Assembly (NCBI RefSeq): GCF_001011035.1
Contig: NZ_CP011492.1
Span: 4,459,516 to 4,491,515, forward strand
Source of the DNA: Streptomyces sp. CNQ-509
GTDB lineage: Bacteria > Actinomycetota > Actinomycetes > Streptomycetales > Streptomycetaceae
DNA length: 32,000 nt
Reading direction: 5' to 3'
Position numbers and translations under genes: made by a program. Below, in pieces: positions 24,101 to 31,399 of this stretch. The notes beneath the pieces were generated by a model. That model was not told the origin of the DNA. It made no database searches and was given only the letters and a program-made list of their open reading frames with translations. The first letter of the stretch is position 1; each line of letters begins with the position of its first letter.

Positions 24101-25423
24101 GGGCGCCTGTTCGAGGGGGCGGGTGATGACCGCGTGGAGTTGGCCCCGGGTCATCGGTGCCAGTGGCAAGGTCCTTCCGGAGGTCAGCACGGGTGCCAGC
24201 AGTGCGTGATTCAGCGCCGTGTTGATGACGTCGGCGCGCAAGGTGGCGAGGATCCGCAGCCCGCCGCGACGGGGCGGGAACAGCAACTCCAGCGTCTCGG
24301 CGAGCTTCGGATCCGGCAGGCTGAGCAGTGCTTCCGCTTGATCGAGTACGACGAGCAAATGCTCCGCGGGGCGCCCGGTTGCGCGGTGGAAGGCGTCAAC
24401 CAGCCCTACATCCCTCAGCCACACGTCCACTTGATCTACGCTCCGTACCCGCGCGATCCCGTCGGAGCGGGAGCCGCCAGCTCCGCCTACCGCGTACTCG
24501 AAGAGAGACGTCGCCAGTGCGGCTGTCGACGCCGACGTACTGACACAGTCGACGATCAGGACATCCCACCCGGATCTGCGGAGTTGCGGCACCACACCGG
24601 CACGCGCGAGGGAGGACTTGCCGCTGCCGGACGGGCCGCACAGCGTGACGATCGGGTGGTTGCCCTTCAGCTCTGTGACCACCCGGGAGATGTCCTCGTC
24701 CCGGCCGAAGAACCGTTCTTCGTCGCCCTCGCTGAACCGCCGCAGACCGAGGAACGGATTGGCGGGCAGCAGAATCTGCCTGAGCTCCGGAACCCGCTCG
24801 GACAGCGTTTCCGTACGGATCACGAACGCCTGCTGCGCCTCCTGCTCCGGTTGAGATGCGACGACCATGCCCACCGCCGCACCCAGGTCGTCGTCCCAGA
24901 CCGGGCTCCCGCTGAACCCCGGCTTCACGTAGACGGCTTGGTCGTTGTCCCGCGAGAGCTGCACCAAGGAACTCCCGACAGGGCCACGAAACCGCCCCTT
25001 CTGCCAGTCACCGCCGGACATGTCGCGGGTGAAGCCGACCGCCCGGGTCTCGTGGTCCCAGACCTCCCGCCTGTCAGCCATCGGTAAAGGGCGCCCGCCT
25101 GGCAGGGGTGCGGGCAAGCGCAGCACGGCGATATCGCCGCCCTGGTCCGCTTCGACCGGCGTCCAGTGCTTCACGCCCGCAGTCCAGGTGGTGTCGCCGG
25201 GGACGAACGGCAGGTCGAGCCGGACCTGACGGCCCAGGTCAACGGGGGAGTCCCGGTCCAGCCCCAGGGCATCGGACACCACATGAGCGCAAGTCAGCAC
25301 CGTGTCGCTGGCGATGAGGAAGCCGGCACCGACGATCGCGCCGTCCTGAGTCAGGATTCGGACGATCGACGAGGCCATGGCGGGTTCGGATGCCTCCCGG
25401 CCCCTCGGCCCGTGCTCAGCCAC
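21101..25423 (-). CDS. Paralogous trypsin-like protease + STAND NTPase + TM helix + beta-propeller protein (about 1440 aa)
   Basis: Same architecture as 16283-20554: TVLTCAHVV, GDIAVLRL, GFSGSPVW; Walker A LCGPSGSGKSSLARAG (about 24612-24640); Walker B LLVVLDQAEAL. The TM helix LRWTAGALTLTLIATLTTFGVLQ maps to 23354-23422. The C-terminal tail RLDPALWEKQVCKVVGRELTDDER...CPS is shared. I prefer the GTG at 25423, which overlaps the upstream stop, has GGAG upstream and gives an N-terminal length matching the paralog. ATG 25378 and the ORF-track ATG 25516 are alternatives. Confidence 0.85.
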   Translation of the reverse strand: MAEHGPRGREASEPAMASSIVRILTQDGAIVGAGFLIASDTVLTCAHVVSDALGLDRDSPVDLGRQVRLDLPFVPGDTTWTAGVKHWTPVEADQGGDIAVLRLPAPLPGGRPLPMADRREVWDHETRAVGFTRDMSGGDWQKGRFRGPVGSSLVQLSRDNDQAVYVKPGFSGSPVWDDDLGAAVGMVVASQPEQEAQQAFVIRTETLSERVPELRQILLPANPFLGLRRFSEGDEERFFGRDEDISRVVTELKGNHPIVTLCGPSGSGKSSLARAGVVPQLRRSGWDVLIVDCVSTSASTAALATSLFEYAVGGAGGSRSDGIARVRSVDQVDVWLRDVGLVDAFHRATGRPAEHLLVVLDQAEALLSLPDPKLAETLELLFPPRRGGLRILATLRADVINTALNHALLAPVLTSGRTLPLAPMTRGQLHAVITRPLEQAPAVFYDPGLDMRILDDAGTDPGILPLLGFLLKELWDKQHGGQLSAATYQQIGGVKGALVNHAKQVWKQCVSPESEAEARRLLAGLVRVVPGGEATLRRPLTREEAGEERWRLAQEMAMEDKRLLVLYGGNGQAESVELVHEALITEWPELAEVVRDGAAFLNARAEIQHDLERWEQAERRADLLPGGFQLDNLMQRLDGRTDELTQDQREFLHAARRRHRAARKRTRLRWTAGALTLTLIATLTTFGVLQSQVSSQRAAEARSRALAVQSDDLVDTNPSHAALAALAAYEAAPTQEARNALLRRYAEVRDEEWSLSAAEGKFEDAAMSADGKVALVQTEGGRAVLFVRTAQGQVRQESLRLRPRINDPDVSFDGRRISYVRADDGVVVWHNVSFTGQTLVGRGHPLEMPERTAPDAQDRSSSLLQFKETSFSPDGRFLVESGDDAGVFDQPEHPVRVWDLETGRTHELPEKYAIATKAWFGPDNRTMVLEAPSKSMIAVDLRTEKMRRLTEPFEDNPNDSRNEAWVSADGTVALSCRRNPDVEKYSVSYTAIRVADGKVLRSYRDDRGLCGETRLAPSGTRFAREANALNVDWEVLPTSGDARPRKTLGPGPELGGPDLPLLGTADEPVVPVLRDNRLIGQKLTDSEGETAYGRPHLLGDGSTMLVRTRGEGDKLTIVETEGNQRVVSETSVAFKTPPSRDQLFAVNDSQTLMADVSDDTRVTVRRLPSLKKISEFKVAPPPPWAPKDPNPVTLEFLPADRLVTLSGSRVEHWDVADGRRLGGQIDLMDLQPTSRDKREYFISRHRVPGMIGVAVSGKPNVYAVDLRTGRERKNLRISLHDDLLTAEFLKDSRYMAVLTTGRVLELWNAEPGKPPRRVFSQMGPLESGEFTVGNPADAKFFVAYGDTIVFLNLSDPSYRDTYKFGRNQFFEPANTSDGKAFLGSPARDDRDTSIPSGPLKLTRLDPALWEKQVCKVVGRELTDDERDTLPGPLPGRLCPS

Positions 25424-25799
25424 GACGCTCTCCGCTGTCTGGCGGCCGTGGTTCGGCGTTGTCGTGGCGCCAGGTGAGGCTGACCGAGAAATTCGCCGCT
25501 GCCGAAGAACCGGCAATGAGGATCTTCGCGTCGGCCGTCAGGGACATACCGAACTGCAAGGTGGCCTCGTCGGGCTGTCGCCCCATGTCCTGGCAGCGCC
25601 CGACGAACGCGTTGGCCACGGGCCGGACCACTTCCAACATCCGGTCCAGGGACTCCTCGGCCCTGGCCGCAGTCCGGCTACCACGGCCGACCCGGACCAC
25701 GGACTCGTCCGCCTCTTCGACCTGCACCCGCACGACGCCCTCGCCGTCGTTCAGGGGTACTTCGACCACATGGAAGGAGCGGCGTTCGTTTGAAACCAT
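25416..25799 (-). CDS. Trypco2-like (trypsin co-occurring domain) small protein
   Basis: ATG at 25799 with GAGGA upstream; 127 aa. The C-terminal block LQFGMSLTADAKILIAGSSAAANFSVSLTWR matches my memory of the small partner proteins encoded immediately upstream of protease-NTPase conflict genes. Its stop overlaps the GTG of the downstream gene. Confidence 0.6.
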   Translation of the reverse strand: MVSNERRSFHVVEVPLNDGEGVVRVQVEEADESVVRVGRGSRTAARAEESLDRMLEVVRPVANAFVGRCQDMGRQPDEATLQFGMSLTADAKILIAGSSAAANFSVSLTWRHDNAEPRPPDSGERRG

Positions 25800-26360
25800 G
25801 CGAATCCTCGTCTCAGGGGCCGACACGCCTGAAGTCCAAGGGGCGAGCGTACGTACGGCATGCCCGGTCAGGAGACATGATCGTCCCTTTTGGCGCAAAC
25901 CCTCCCCTGCTGCCACCTGGTGATCACCGTCCCGCCTCAACGGGTGGATCCGCCTGGCCCGCCCGGTACACGCCACACTCGGCACAGGTCACCATCGCGT
26001 GCTCGCGGAAGAGCGGCTGTTTCCAGGGCAACATCGGGCCGTCGAATTGTTCGTGAGTGAGCACCCGCATCTCCGGCGGAAGGAAGTCGCTTACCACGCG
26101 GGCTGGTACGGCGTGCTACAGCTCCGGCCGCACCTGCTCGACCTCTGCTGCCCCCGCCTGACCCGGTCGCGCCGCCCGCTCGAAGAACCGGCGCCCACCC
26201 TCGCCCAGCTTGGCGGGGCGGCGGCATATCTGGTGAAACACCTGACGTCCTCCCTCATCTCCTTCACCTACAAGACGTGTCCCGCACTGTGGCCGCTCTC
26301 CGAATCGCGTAGTCCCGCGGGAGGGACTGATGGCCGCCAAGCCTTCGCGCCTGCGGCTGT

Positions 26361-28103
26361 TCAGTAGGACTTGGTGGTTCCGCTGTCGGCGGGGGCCGTA
26401 CGTGCTGCTCGCGGCGGAGACGGCCGTGGTGTGGGTGGCGAGTTTCGCGTGGCGTTCGTGGCGGGCTGTGGTGTCCCCAGGGGCAAGTGTGCCGTGCGGC
26501 GCAGCCGCCATACGAGAACGTCGCTGACGGAATCTGCGGTGCCCAGTTCACGGCGGTGTGCGGCTCGGGCCAGCAGGGCGGTCGGGTCGTGGCCGGCACG
26601 TTGGGCGTCGGCGAGGGTCGCCGCGAGGGCGCACCAGCCGGGTTCGCTGAGGATCTGCTCGACCAGTTCCGGCAGCGCCTCGCGGAGCTGGGCGGCATGG
26701 CGCCGCTCTTGCGGGGGTGGAAGGCGCCGGCCGCGGTGCGCCAGAGCCGCCAGCGGTGCAGGGGCGGCTGCCCGGTAGGCGGAGCGCAGGTGTTCGGCGG
26801 TCTGGCGGGCGGCGGCGGCCTGCTGTGCGTGGCCTTTCTTCGCGTGCCAGTGCGCGGCGGCGGTGATGAGGAAGAACAGCATGTCGATGGCCATCGCGGT
26901 GGTTGCTCCGTCTTCGCCGTAGCCGAGTGCGGGACCGCCGTGGACGAGGTCGCCCGCGGCCCTTCGCAGCGCGGGGTCATGTCCCCGTACGGCGCGGATG
27001 TGGGAGCGCGAGGCCCGCTCGAAGGCAGTGGCTGCGGCCTGGAGTTCGCGGCGGGTGTGGGCGGCGGACGTCTTCGCGAGCGCGTCCAGGACCTCCCCGG
27101 CCGCGGCGATATGGGCGGCGGCAACGGCGTCCGGCCCGCTGTCGACGACGAGCACGGCCTGCCACGCGGCTGACGCGGCGTGCCATCGGGCGGTCGCCGG
27201 AGCGCCCGGCGCGGTGCGGTCCTCCTGGTGCGGCCGAGTGCGCTGGCCGCCGTCTGGGTGCGGGGCGTCGCCGGTCCAGCGTTCCCGGATGCGAGGGAGC
27301 GAGAGGTCGGGGGCTAGGCGGGCGCCGGGATAGAACACCGGCTGGCCGTCCTTGTTCCGATCGTCGGGCAGGGCGACTTTGTATCCGAGGAGGTCGCCGA
27401 ACGGTGCGGCGCGCTTGCGGATGAGGAGGCCGGCGTCGGCGAGCCGGTCGAAGAACTCGTCTTCGCTGGTCGCGCCGGCCACCGCCTGCCGTACCGTCTC
27501 GCGCAGTTCTTCGCGGGCGGTGCGCTCGCGGCCCTGACGTCTGGCTTTGTGGCGTTCGGCGCTGGTGGGCCGCTGTGCGGCGGTGCCGTCGCCGGGGGCG
27601 ACTTGGTGCAGGCCGAGTTCCTTTTCGATGAGGCGGGCTTCGGCCTGGGCGCGGGTGCCGGAGCGGTAGTCGTCGGGGCGGTGGCCGTCTTCGGTGACGA
27701 GGGTGGCGACGATGTGGATGTGGTCGTCCGCGTGCCGTATGGCGGCCCAGCGGCAGCCGGGCTGTCCGCCGCCGGGGTCGATGCCGGTGGCGGCGACGAT
27801 GCGGCGGGCGATGCCGGCCCATTCCTCGTCGGACAAGACCCGGTCCCTGGGGTCGGCGCGTACGGAGGTGTGCCATACGTGCTTGGCGGGGCGGGCGTGT
27901 GAGGCGAGGGCCATGACGGGCTGGTCGAGGAGTTGCTGGAGGTCGGTGAGGGTGGTGTTCGGGTCGCGGCCGGGGTCGGGGGACATGCCGTCAAACGAGG
28001 CCACGAGGTGCGGGTCGGTGTGCTCCTCGGCCTTGCCGGGGCCGTAGAGGTAGGCGAGGAGTCCGATGGTCCGCGAACCCGAGGAGTTGACGCTGGGGAT
28101 CAC
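26361..28103 (-). CDS. MOB relaxase / mobilization nuclease (MobA/VirD2 family)
   Basis: GTG at 28103 overlaps the MobC stop (GTGA). The N-terminus is VIPSVNSSGSRTIGLLAYLYGPG, and the histidine triad region is WAAIRHADDHIHIVATLV. A long Ala/Arg-rich C-terminal domain with DSVSDVLVWRLRR follows, as in actinomycete relaxases. Confidence 0.9.
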   Translation of the reverse strand: MIPSVNSSGSRTIGLLAYLYGPGKAEEHTDPHLVASFDGMSPDPGRDPNTTLTDLQQLLDQPVMALASHARPAKHVWHTSVRADPRDRVLSDEEWAGIARRIVAATGIDPGGGQPGCRWAAIRHADDHIHIVATLVTEDGHRPDDYRSGTRAQAEARLIEKELGLHQVAPGDGTAAQRPTSAERHKARRQGRERTAREELRETVRQAVAGATSEDEFFDRLADAGLLIRKRAAPFGDLLGYKVALPDDRNKDGQPVFYPGARLAPDLSLPRIRERWTGDAPHPDGGQRTRPHQEDRTAPGAPATARWHAASAAWQAVLVVDSGPDAVAAAHIAAAGEVLDALAKTSAAHTRRELQAAATAFERASRSHIRAVRGHDPALRRAAGDLVHGGPALGYGEDGATTAMAIDMLFFLITAAAHWHAKKGHAQQAAAARQTAEHLRSAYRAAAPAPLAALAHRGRRLPPPQERRHAAQLREALPELVEQILSEPGWCALAATLADAQRAGHDPTALLARAAHRRELGTADSVSDVLVWRLRRTAHLPLGTPQPATNATRNSPPTPRPSPPRAARTAPADSGTTKSY

Positions 28104-28726
28104 GAGCTGCGGCGCTCGATGAGCCGTGCGGCGGCTTCGTGGGTGGTGTCGGCGGCTCGCCGTACGGCGGTGACGGCCGCTTCCAGATAGGGGGCGTCTG
28201 CTCCTGAGTTGAGTGCTTTGGCGGCTTGGTTGAGGTTGCTGCCGGCCCAGCCGAGGCGGCGTCGGCAGTCGAACAGGGCGGTGATCACTTCGCGTTCGTC
28301 GGCGATCTCGGCGCTGGTGCGGTCGAGGTCGCGGGCGGCGGCGAGCGCGGAGCGGGCGAGGAACCCGGCGACGGACAGGTGGCACCGGGCGGCGGCGGAC
28401 TTGATCAGAGTGATCTCGTCGTCGTTGAAGCGGGTGGCGGGCTGGTGCAGGCGCTTCTTCTCGCGCGGCTGACGCGGGCGCTGATGGGCACGGGGCGCGC
28501 GCTGTCGGCGGGCGCTGCGGTCGGTGGGCTTGTCCTCCTTCCCTGGCTTCGATCCGCCCTCGGTCGAAGCCCCAAGGACCTGCGCCCCCCGGTGCAGGTC
28601 CTGGCCCGCCCCCTTCGGGGCGGGTTCGGCGGAAGCTATGCTTCCGCCCCAACTTGCTCGCCCAGCAACCGAGTTGATCTCGCCGTCACGTTGGGGGGTG
28701 TTCCAGTTCGGCGCTGGAGTTGTCAT
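28100..28726 (-). CDS. mobC: MobC-like relaxosome accessory protein
   Basis: ATG at 28726 shares its A with the upstream TGA (TGATG). The C-terminal half TRFNDDEITLIKSAAARCHLSVAGFLARSALAAA...LGWAGSNLNQAAKALN fits the ribbon-helix-helix MobC pattern. The N-terminal half is basic and disordered. Confidence 0.75.
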   Translation of the reverse strand: MTTPAPNWNTPQRDGEINSVAGRASWGGSIASAEPAPKGAGQDLHRGAQVLGASTEGGSKPGKEDKPTDRSARRQRAPRAHQRPRQPREKKRLHQPATRFNDDEITLIKSAAARCHLSVAGFLARSALAAARDLDRTSAEIADEREVITALFDCRRRLGWAGSNLNQAAKALNSGADAPYLEAAVTAVRRAADTTHEAAARLIERRSS

Positions 28727-28920
28727 CAGCCGCATTCCAGGCAGCGGGCGAGGTGGCCGGAGAGGGCGCGGGCCATCCGTGCCTTGGTCGATGCGGCCTG
28801 TGTTGCGCTGCATCTCGCCGCCGGGCGGCCCTGGTGTCGTACGGAGTGGGCGGTGAGGTAGCCGATCTCCCGTTCGTAGACCGCCTGGAGGGCGGCGAAG
28901 TCGGCGCAGGTCTTGATCAT
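28726..28920 (-). CDS. Small hypothetical protein (64 aa)
   Basis: It is coupled at both ends (ATGA at 28917-28920, TGATG at 28724-28728), which argues for translation. I recognise no family. Confidence 0.4.
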   Translation of the reverse strand: MIKTCADFAALQAVYEREIGYLTAHSVRHQGRPAARCSATQAASTKARMARALSGHLARCLECG

Positions 28921-30629
28921 GTGGTGTCCTTCGTCGTCGTGGCGTGGTTGTCGCTGCGCAGTTCGTGCAGGACGAGGCTGAGTTGGGAGTTCCGGCCGCC
29001 TACGAGTCCTTCGCGGCGGAGGATCTCCCGCAGCTGGACCCGGGTGACCGCGGTGTTGCCGTCGCGGGCGAGCAGGTCCGGGACGTGGGGCCGTACCTGC
29101 TGGACAAGCTGGTCCACCGACAGCGCGGGGTCCTGCTGGCGAGGGGTGCGGGATCGGCTGCTGCGCTTGCCCCGGCTCTTCTTCGTGTGCGCCTTCTTGC
29201 GCCGCACGGTCCCCGGTCCCCGGTCCCGGCCCGGTCCCCGGTGGGGGGTGGGCTCGGTCCCCGGGTGGTCTTCCGCGGGTGCGGGGACCGGTCCCCGCGC
29301 TGGTGTTGTCGCGGTCCCCGGTTCGCGGTGTTCTGGCTCCGTGCCGGTCCCTGGGTGGTGTGGTGCGGGTGCGGGGACCGGTCCCTGTGGCGGGTTCGGT
29401 CCCCGGTCCCCGGCTTCGGTGTGGGGACCGGGTGCGGGGACCGGCGGGTCCGGGACCGTCGGCGGGTTGACTTGGTCATTCATGGAGGTGGGGACCGGTC
29501 CCCGGTTCGGCGTCATCGCGGTCCCCGGTTCACGGTCTTCTCGTTCCGTGCCGGTGCCCGGGTGGTGTGGTGCGGGTGCGGGGACCGGTCCCCGTGGCGG
29601 GTTCGGTCCCAGGTCCCCAGCCTCGCTCGGGGTGTGGGGACCGGGCGCGGGGACCGACCCGGTCGGCGGGTTGATCCGGGAACCCATGGGAGCGGGGACC
29701 GGTCCCCGCAGCCGGTTCGGTCCCCGGTCCCCGGCGACGGGGACCGTCGGTGCGGGGACCGCGGTGTCGAGGGTGCCGGCGGTGGGCGGGGACCAGGGGG
29801 AGGGGAGGGCGATGGTGGCGAGGGCGACTGCGTGGCGGCGGGCGGCGAGTTGTCGGAGCAGGCGTGCGCGCTGGTCGGGGTCGGTGCCGACCTCGGCCTT
29901 GCCGAGGGCTTTCGACAGCCGGCGGGTCAGGCGCCGGCCGCGGCGATCGTGTTGCTGCTCGGGCGTCTGCTCGGCGAGCCGGGCGGCCAGGGCGACCGCG
30001 CGGTCGGTGGCCCGGTCCCGGGTGATCTGCGCGGCGTCACGGTCGCGGGCGGCGATGCCCAGGCGGGACAGGAGGCGTTCGCGGGCTTCCCGCCCGAGGG
30101 TGGCGATCAGCGAGCGGGAGGCGGCGCCGGGCGTGCGCAGGCGCAGTTCGATGCCCATGGCCAGGTGCCACAGCACCGCGGCCATGATGGGGCCGACGAA
30201 GGCGCGGACGGTGCCGCCGACCGGGCCGCTTTCGGCGTAGGCGGGGATCACCTGGACCCCGCTGATGATCCAGACCAGGGTGCCGGGCACGCCGGGCGCG
30301 CCCTGGGTGGTGAGGTTCTGGCGGGCCATCAGCGCGGTCGCGAAGAGCGCCAGCTCGGCTGCCGCGAACATGCCGGCGCGTTCGGCGGTGCCGGCCATGT
30401 CGAGGTAGTCGGCGGCGAACCGCCAGGAGGTGTCGGCGCTGTAGGCGGTGCAGGCGAGGGCGGCCACCGCGGCGATGGCGACCGCGGCACTGCCGCGACG
30501 TTCCCGTGACCGGGCGCTGCGCCGCCGCAGCACCCGGACGGCCAGCACGATGGCGAAGGCGGCGAGCAGTGCGGTGGCGAGGAAGAGGTCCAGTTCCGGA
30601 GCGGTGACGGGGGGCAGGACCGCGGTCAT
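28917..30629 (-). CDS. DUF2637-like membrane protein with an internal 69-aa Pro/Gly-rich tandem repeat and a basic C-terminal DNA-binding-like tail
   Basis: ATG at 30629 overlaps the WhiB-like stop (ATGA). The N-terminal ~190 aa carry about 4 TM helices (LFLATALLAAFAIVLAV, AAVAIAAVAALACTAY, MFAAAELALFATALMA, AFVGPIMAAVLWHLAMGI). The middle contains the repeats GDRGPNPPxGPVPAPAPHHPGTGTE.E.REPGTA. The tail is KKAHTKKSRGKRSSRSR...VTRVQLREILRREGL. The family call is from memory. Confidence 0.6.
   Translation of the reverse strand: MTAVLPPVTAPELDLFLATALLAAFAIVLAVRVLRRRSARSRERRGSAAVAIAAVAALACTAYSADTSWRFAADYLDMAGTAERAGMFAAAELALFATALMARQNLTTQGAPGVPGTLVWIISGVQVIPAYAESGPVGGTVRAFVGPIMAAVLWHLAMGIELRLRTPGAASRSLIATLGREARERLLSRLGIAARDRDAAQITRDRATDRAVALAARLAEQTPEQQHDRRGRRLTRRLSKALGKAEVGTDPDQRARLLRQLAARRHAVALATIALPSPWSPPTAGTLDTAVPAPTVPVAGDRGPNRLRGPVPAPMGSRINPPTGSVPAPGPHTPSEAGDLGPNPPRGPVPAPAPHHPGTGTEREDREPGTAMTPNRGPVPTSMNDQVNPPTVPDPPVPAPGPHTEAGDRGPNPPQGPVPAPAPHHPGTGTEPEHREPGTATTPARGPVPAPAEDHPGTEPTPHRGPGRDRGPGTVRRKKAHTKKSRGKRSSRSRTPRQQDPALSVDQLVQQVRPHVPDLLARDGNTAVTRVQLREILRREGLVGGRNSQLSLVLHELRSDNHATTTKDTT
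29206..29790. repeat. Tandem repeat array, period 207 bp (about 2.5-2.8 copies), rich in the 14-bp perfect palindrome GGGGACCGGTCCCC
   Basis: The unit starting at 29310 recurs at 29517. Perfect palindrome copies lie at 29283, 29490, 29580 and 29694, and a 13/14 copy at 29373. Many GGGGACC/GGTCCCC half-sites are also present. The period is a multiple of 3 and lies inside the CDS 28917-30629. Confidence 0.9.
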
Positions 30630-31267
30630 AGGGCCTTTCCAGCAGGGATGGATGCGGTGGTCGACGCGGCGGTTCGGGCTATCGGCTGCCGAGTACGGGG
30701 CCTGCTCGGTGCAGGAGCGTCCACGGCTGGGCTTGTCTTGTGCCGTTTCCTCTTCGGCTGGGGTACGCCGTAGGTGCGGTCGCGGTCGAAGACCTTCAGG
30801 GCGGCTTGCCGGAGCAGGTCCCGGGCATGCCGGTGGCTGATCTGCAGGGCGGCGGCGAGCCGGTCGGGCCGCCAGCCCCGGAGGTAGGCGTGGTCCATGA
30901 CGAGCTGCCGCTCAGCCTCGGTCAAGTGCACATCGCGTCCGTCGAAGAACGCGCGCACGCGCCGATAGTCCAGACGGTGAGGAAGCCCGTCGTGCCAAGG
31001 GCGCCGCTCGGCCTCGGTCAGCCCGCCCCAGATACCTTCCCTGAGGCCGTTTTCCACCGCGTAGTTCAGGCAGTCGCTGCGCACCGGGCACAGGGCGCAC
31101 AGCTCCTTCGCCTCGGCGACGGCGATGTGGTCCCGCGGGGGCGGGAAGAACACCTCGTCGGCCTCCACCGAGTCCAGGCCGTAGCACGCGCCGCGGCTGT
31201 GCCAGCTCGTGTCGGCGATGCCGCGCAGGCCGCTGGCCGGCGCCTCGTGAGTGGTGATGTATCGCAA
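30626..31267 (-). CDS. WhiB-like (Wbl) Fe-S transcription factor fused to a C-terminal sigma70-region-4/LuxR-like HTH
   Basis: The Wbl Cys pattern is GACYG...AKELCALCPVRSDCLNYAV, followed by GIWGGLT. The C-terminal part LTEAERQLVMDHAYLRGWRPDRLAAALQISHRHARDLLRQAALKV is followed by a basic tail. Confidence 0.85.
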   Translation of the reverse strand: MRYITTHEAPASGLRGIADTSWHSRGACYGLDSVEADEVFFPPPRDHIAVAEAKELCALCPVRSDCLNYAVENGLREGIWGGLTEAERRPWHDGLPHRLDYRRVRAFFDGRDVHLTEAERQLVMDHAYLRGWRPDRLAAALQISHRHARDLLRQAALKVFDRDRTYGVPQPKRKRHKTSPAVDAPAPSRPRTRQPIARTAASTTASIPAGKAL

Positions 31268-31399
31268 GGAACGGTCTCCGATGGGCTGCGCGCTGGGCGG
31301 ACGCGACGTCGGGCACCGCTGCCGAACAACCAGGGGTGCCGCAGCGGAGGTGAGGGGCTATCCGGGCCGGGGGGATGCCGCCCCGGTCTGCGTGGTCGG

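Noticed and set aside
25999-26367. 122-aa plus-strand ORF between the trypco2-like gene and the relaxase gene
   Set aside because: It has poor GC3 bias and no RBS. It is antisense to a better-coding minus-strand frame (25924-26241).
26264-27994. Several 170-300-aa ORFs overlapping the relaxase gene
   Set aside because: These are shadow frames. The relaxase frame carries the HxDxxHxH-type histidine motif and a conserved N-terminus.
29206-29790. Possible CRISPR array, suggested by regularly spaced palindromic repeats
   Set aside because: The period is 207 bp and the whole unit, including the 'spacers', is repeated. The array lies in frame inside a CDS. There are no unique spacers of 25-40 bp and no cas genes.
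28720-30509. Two long plus-strand ORFs (506 and 521 aa) across the repeat region
   Set aside because: They are kept open by the palindromic GGGGACCGGTCCCC repeats and the high GC content. The minus-strand gene has TM helices, translational coupling at both ends and a coherent C-terminal domain. The plus-strand products are Arg/Gly-rich with no recognisable domains.
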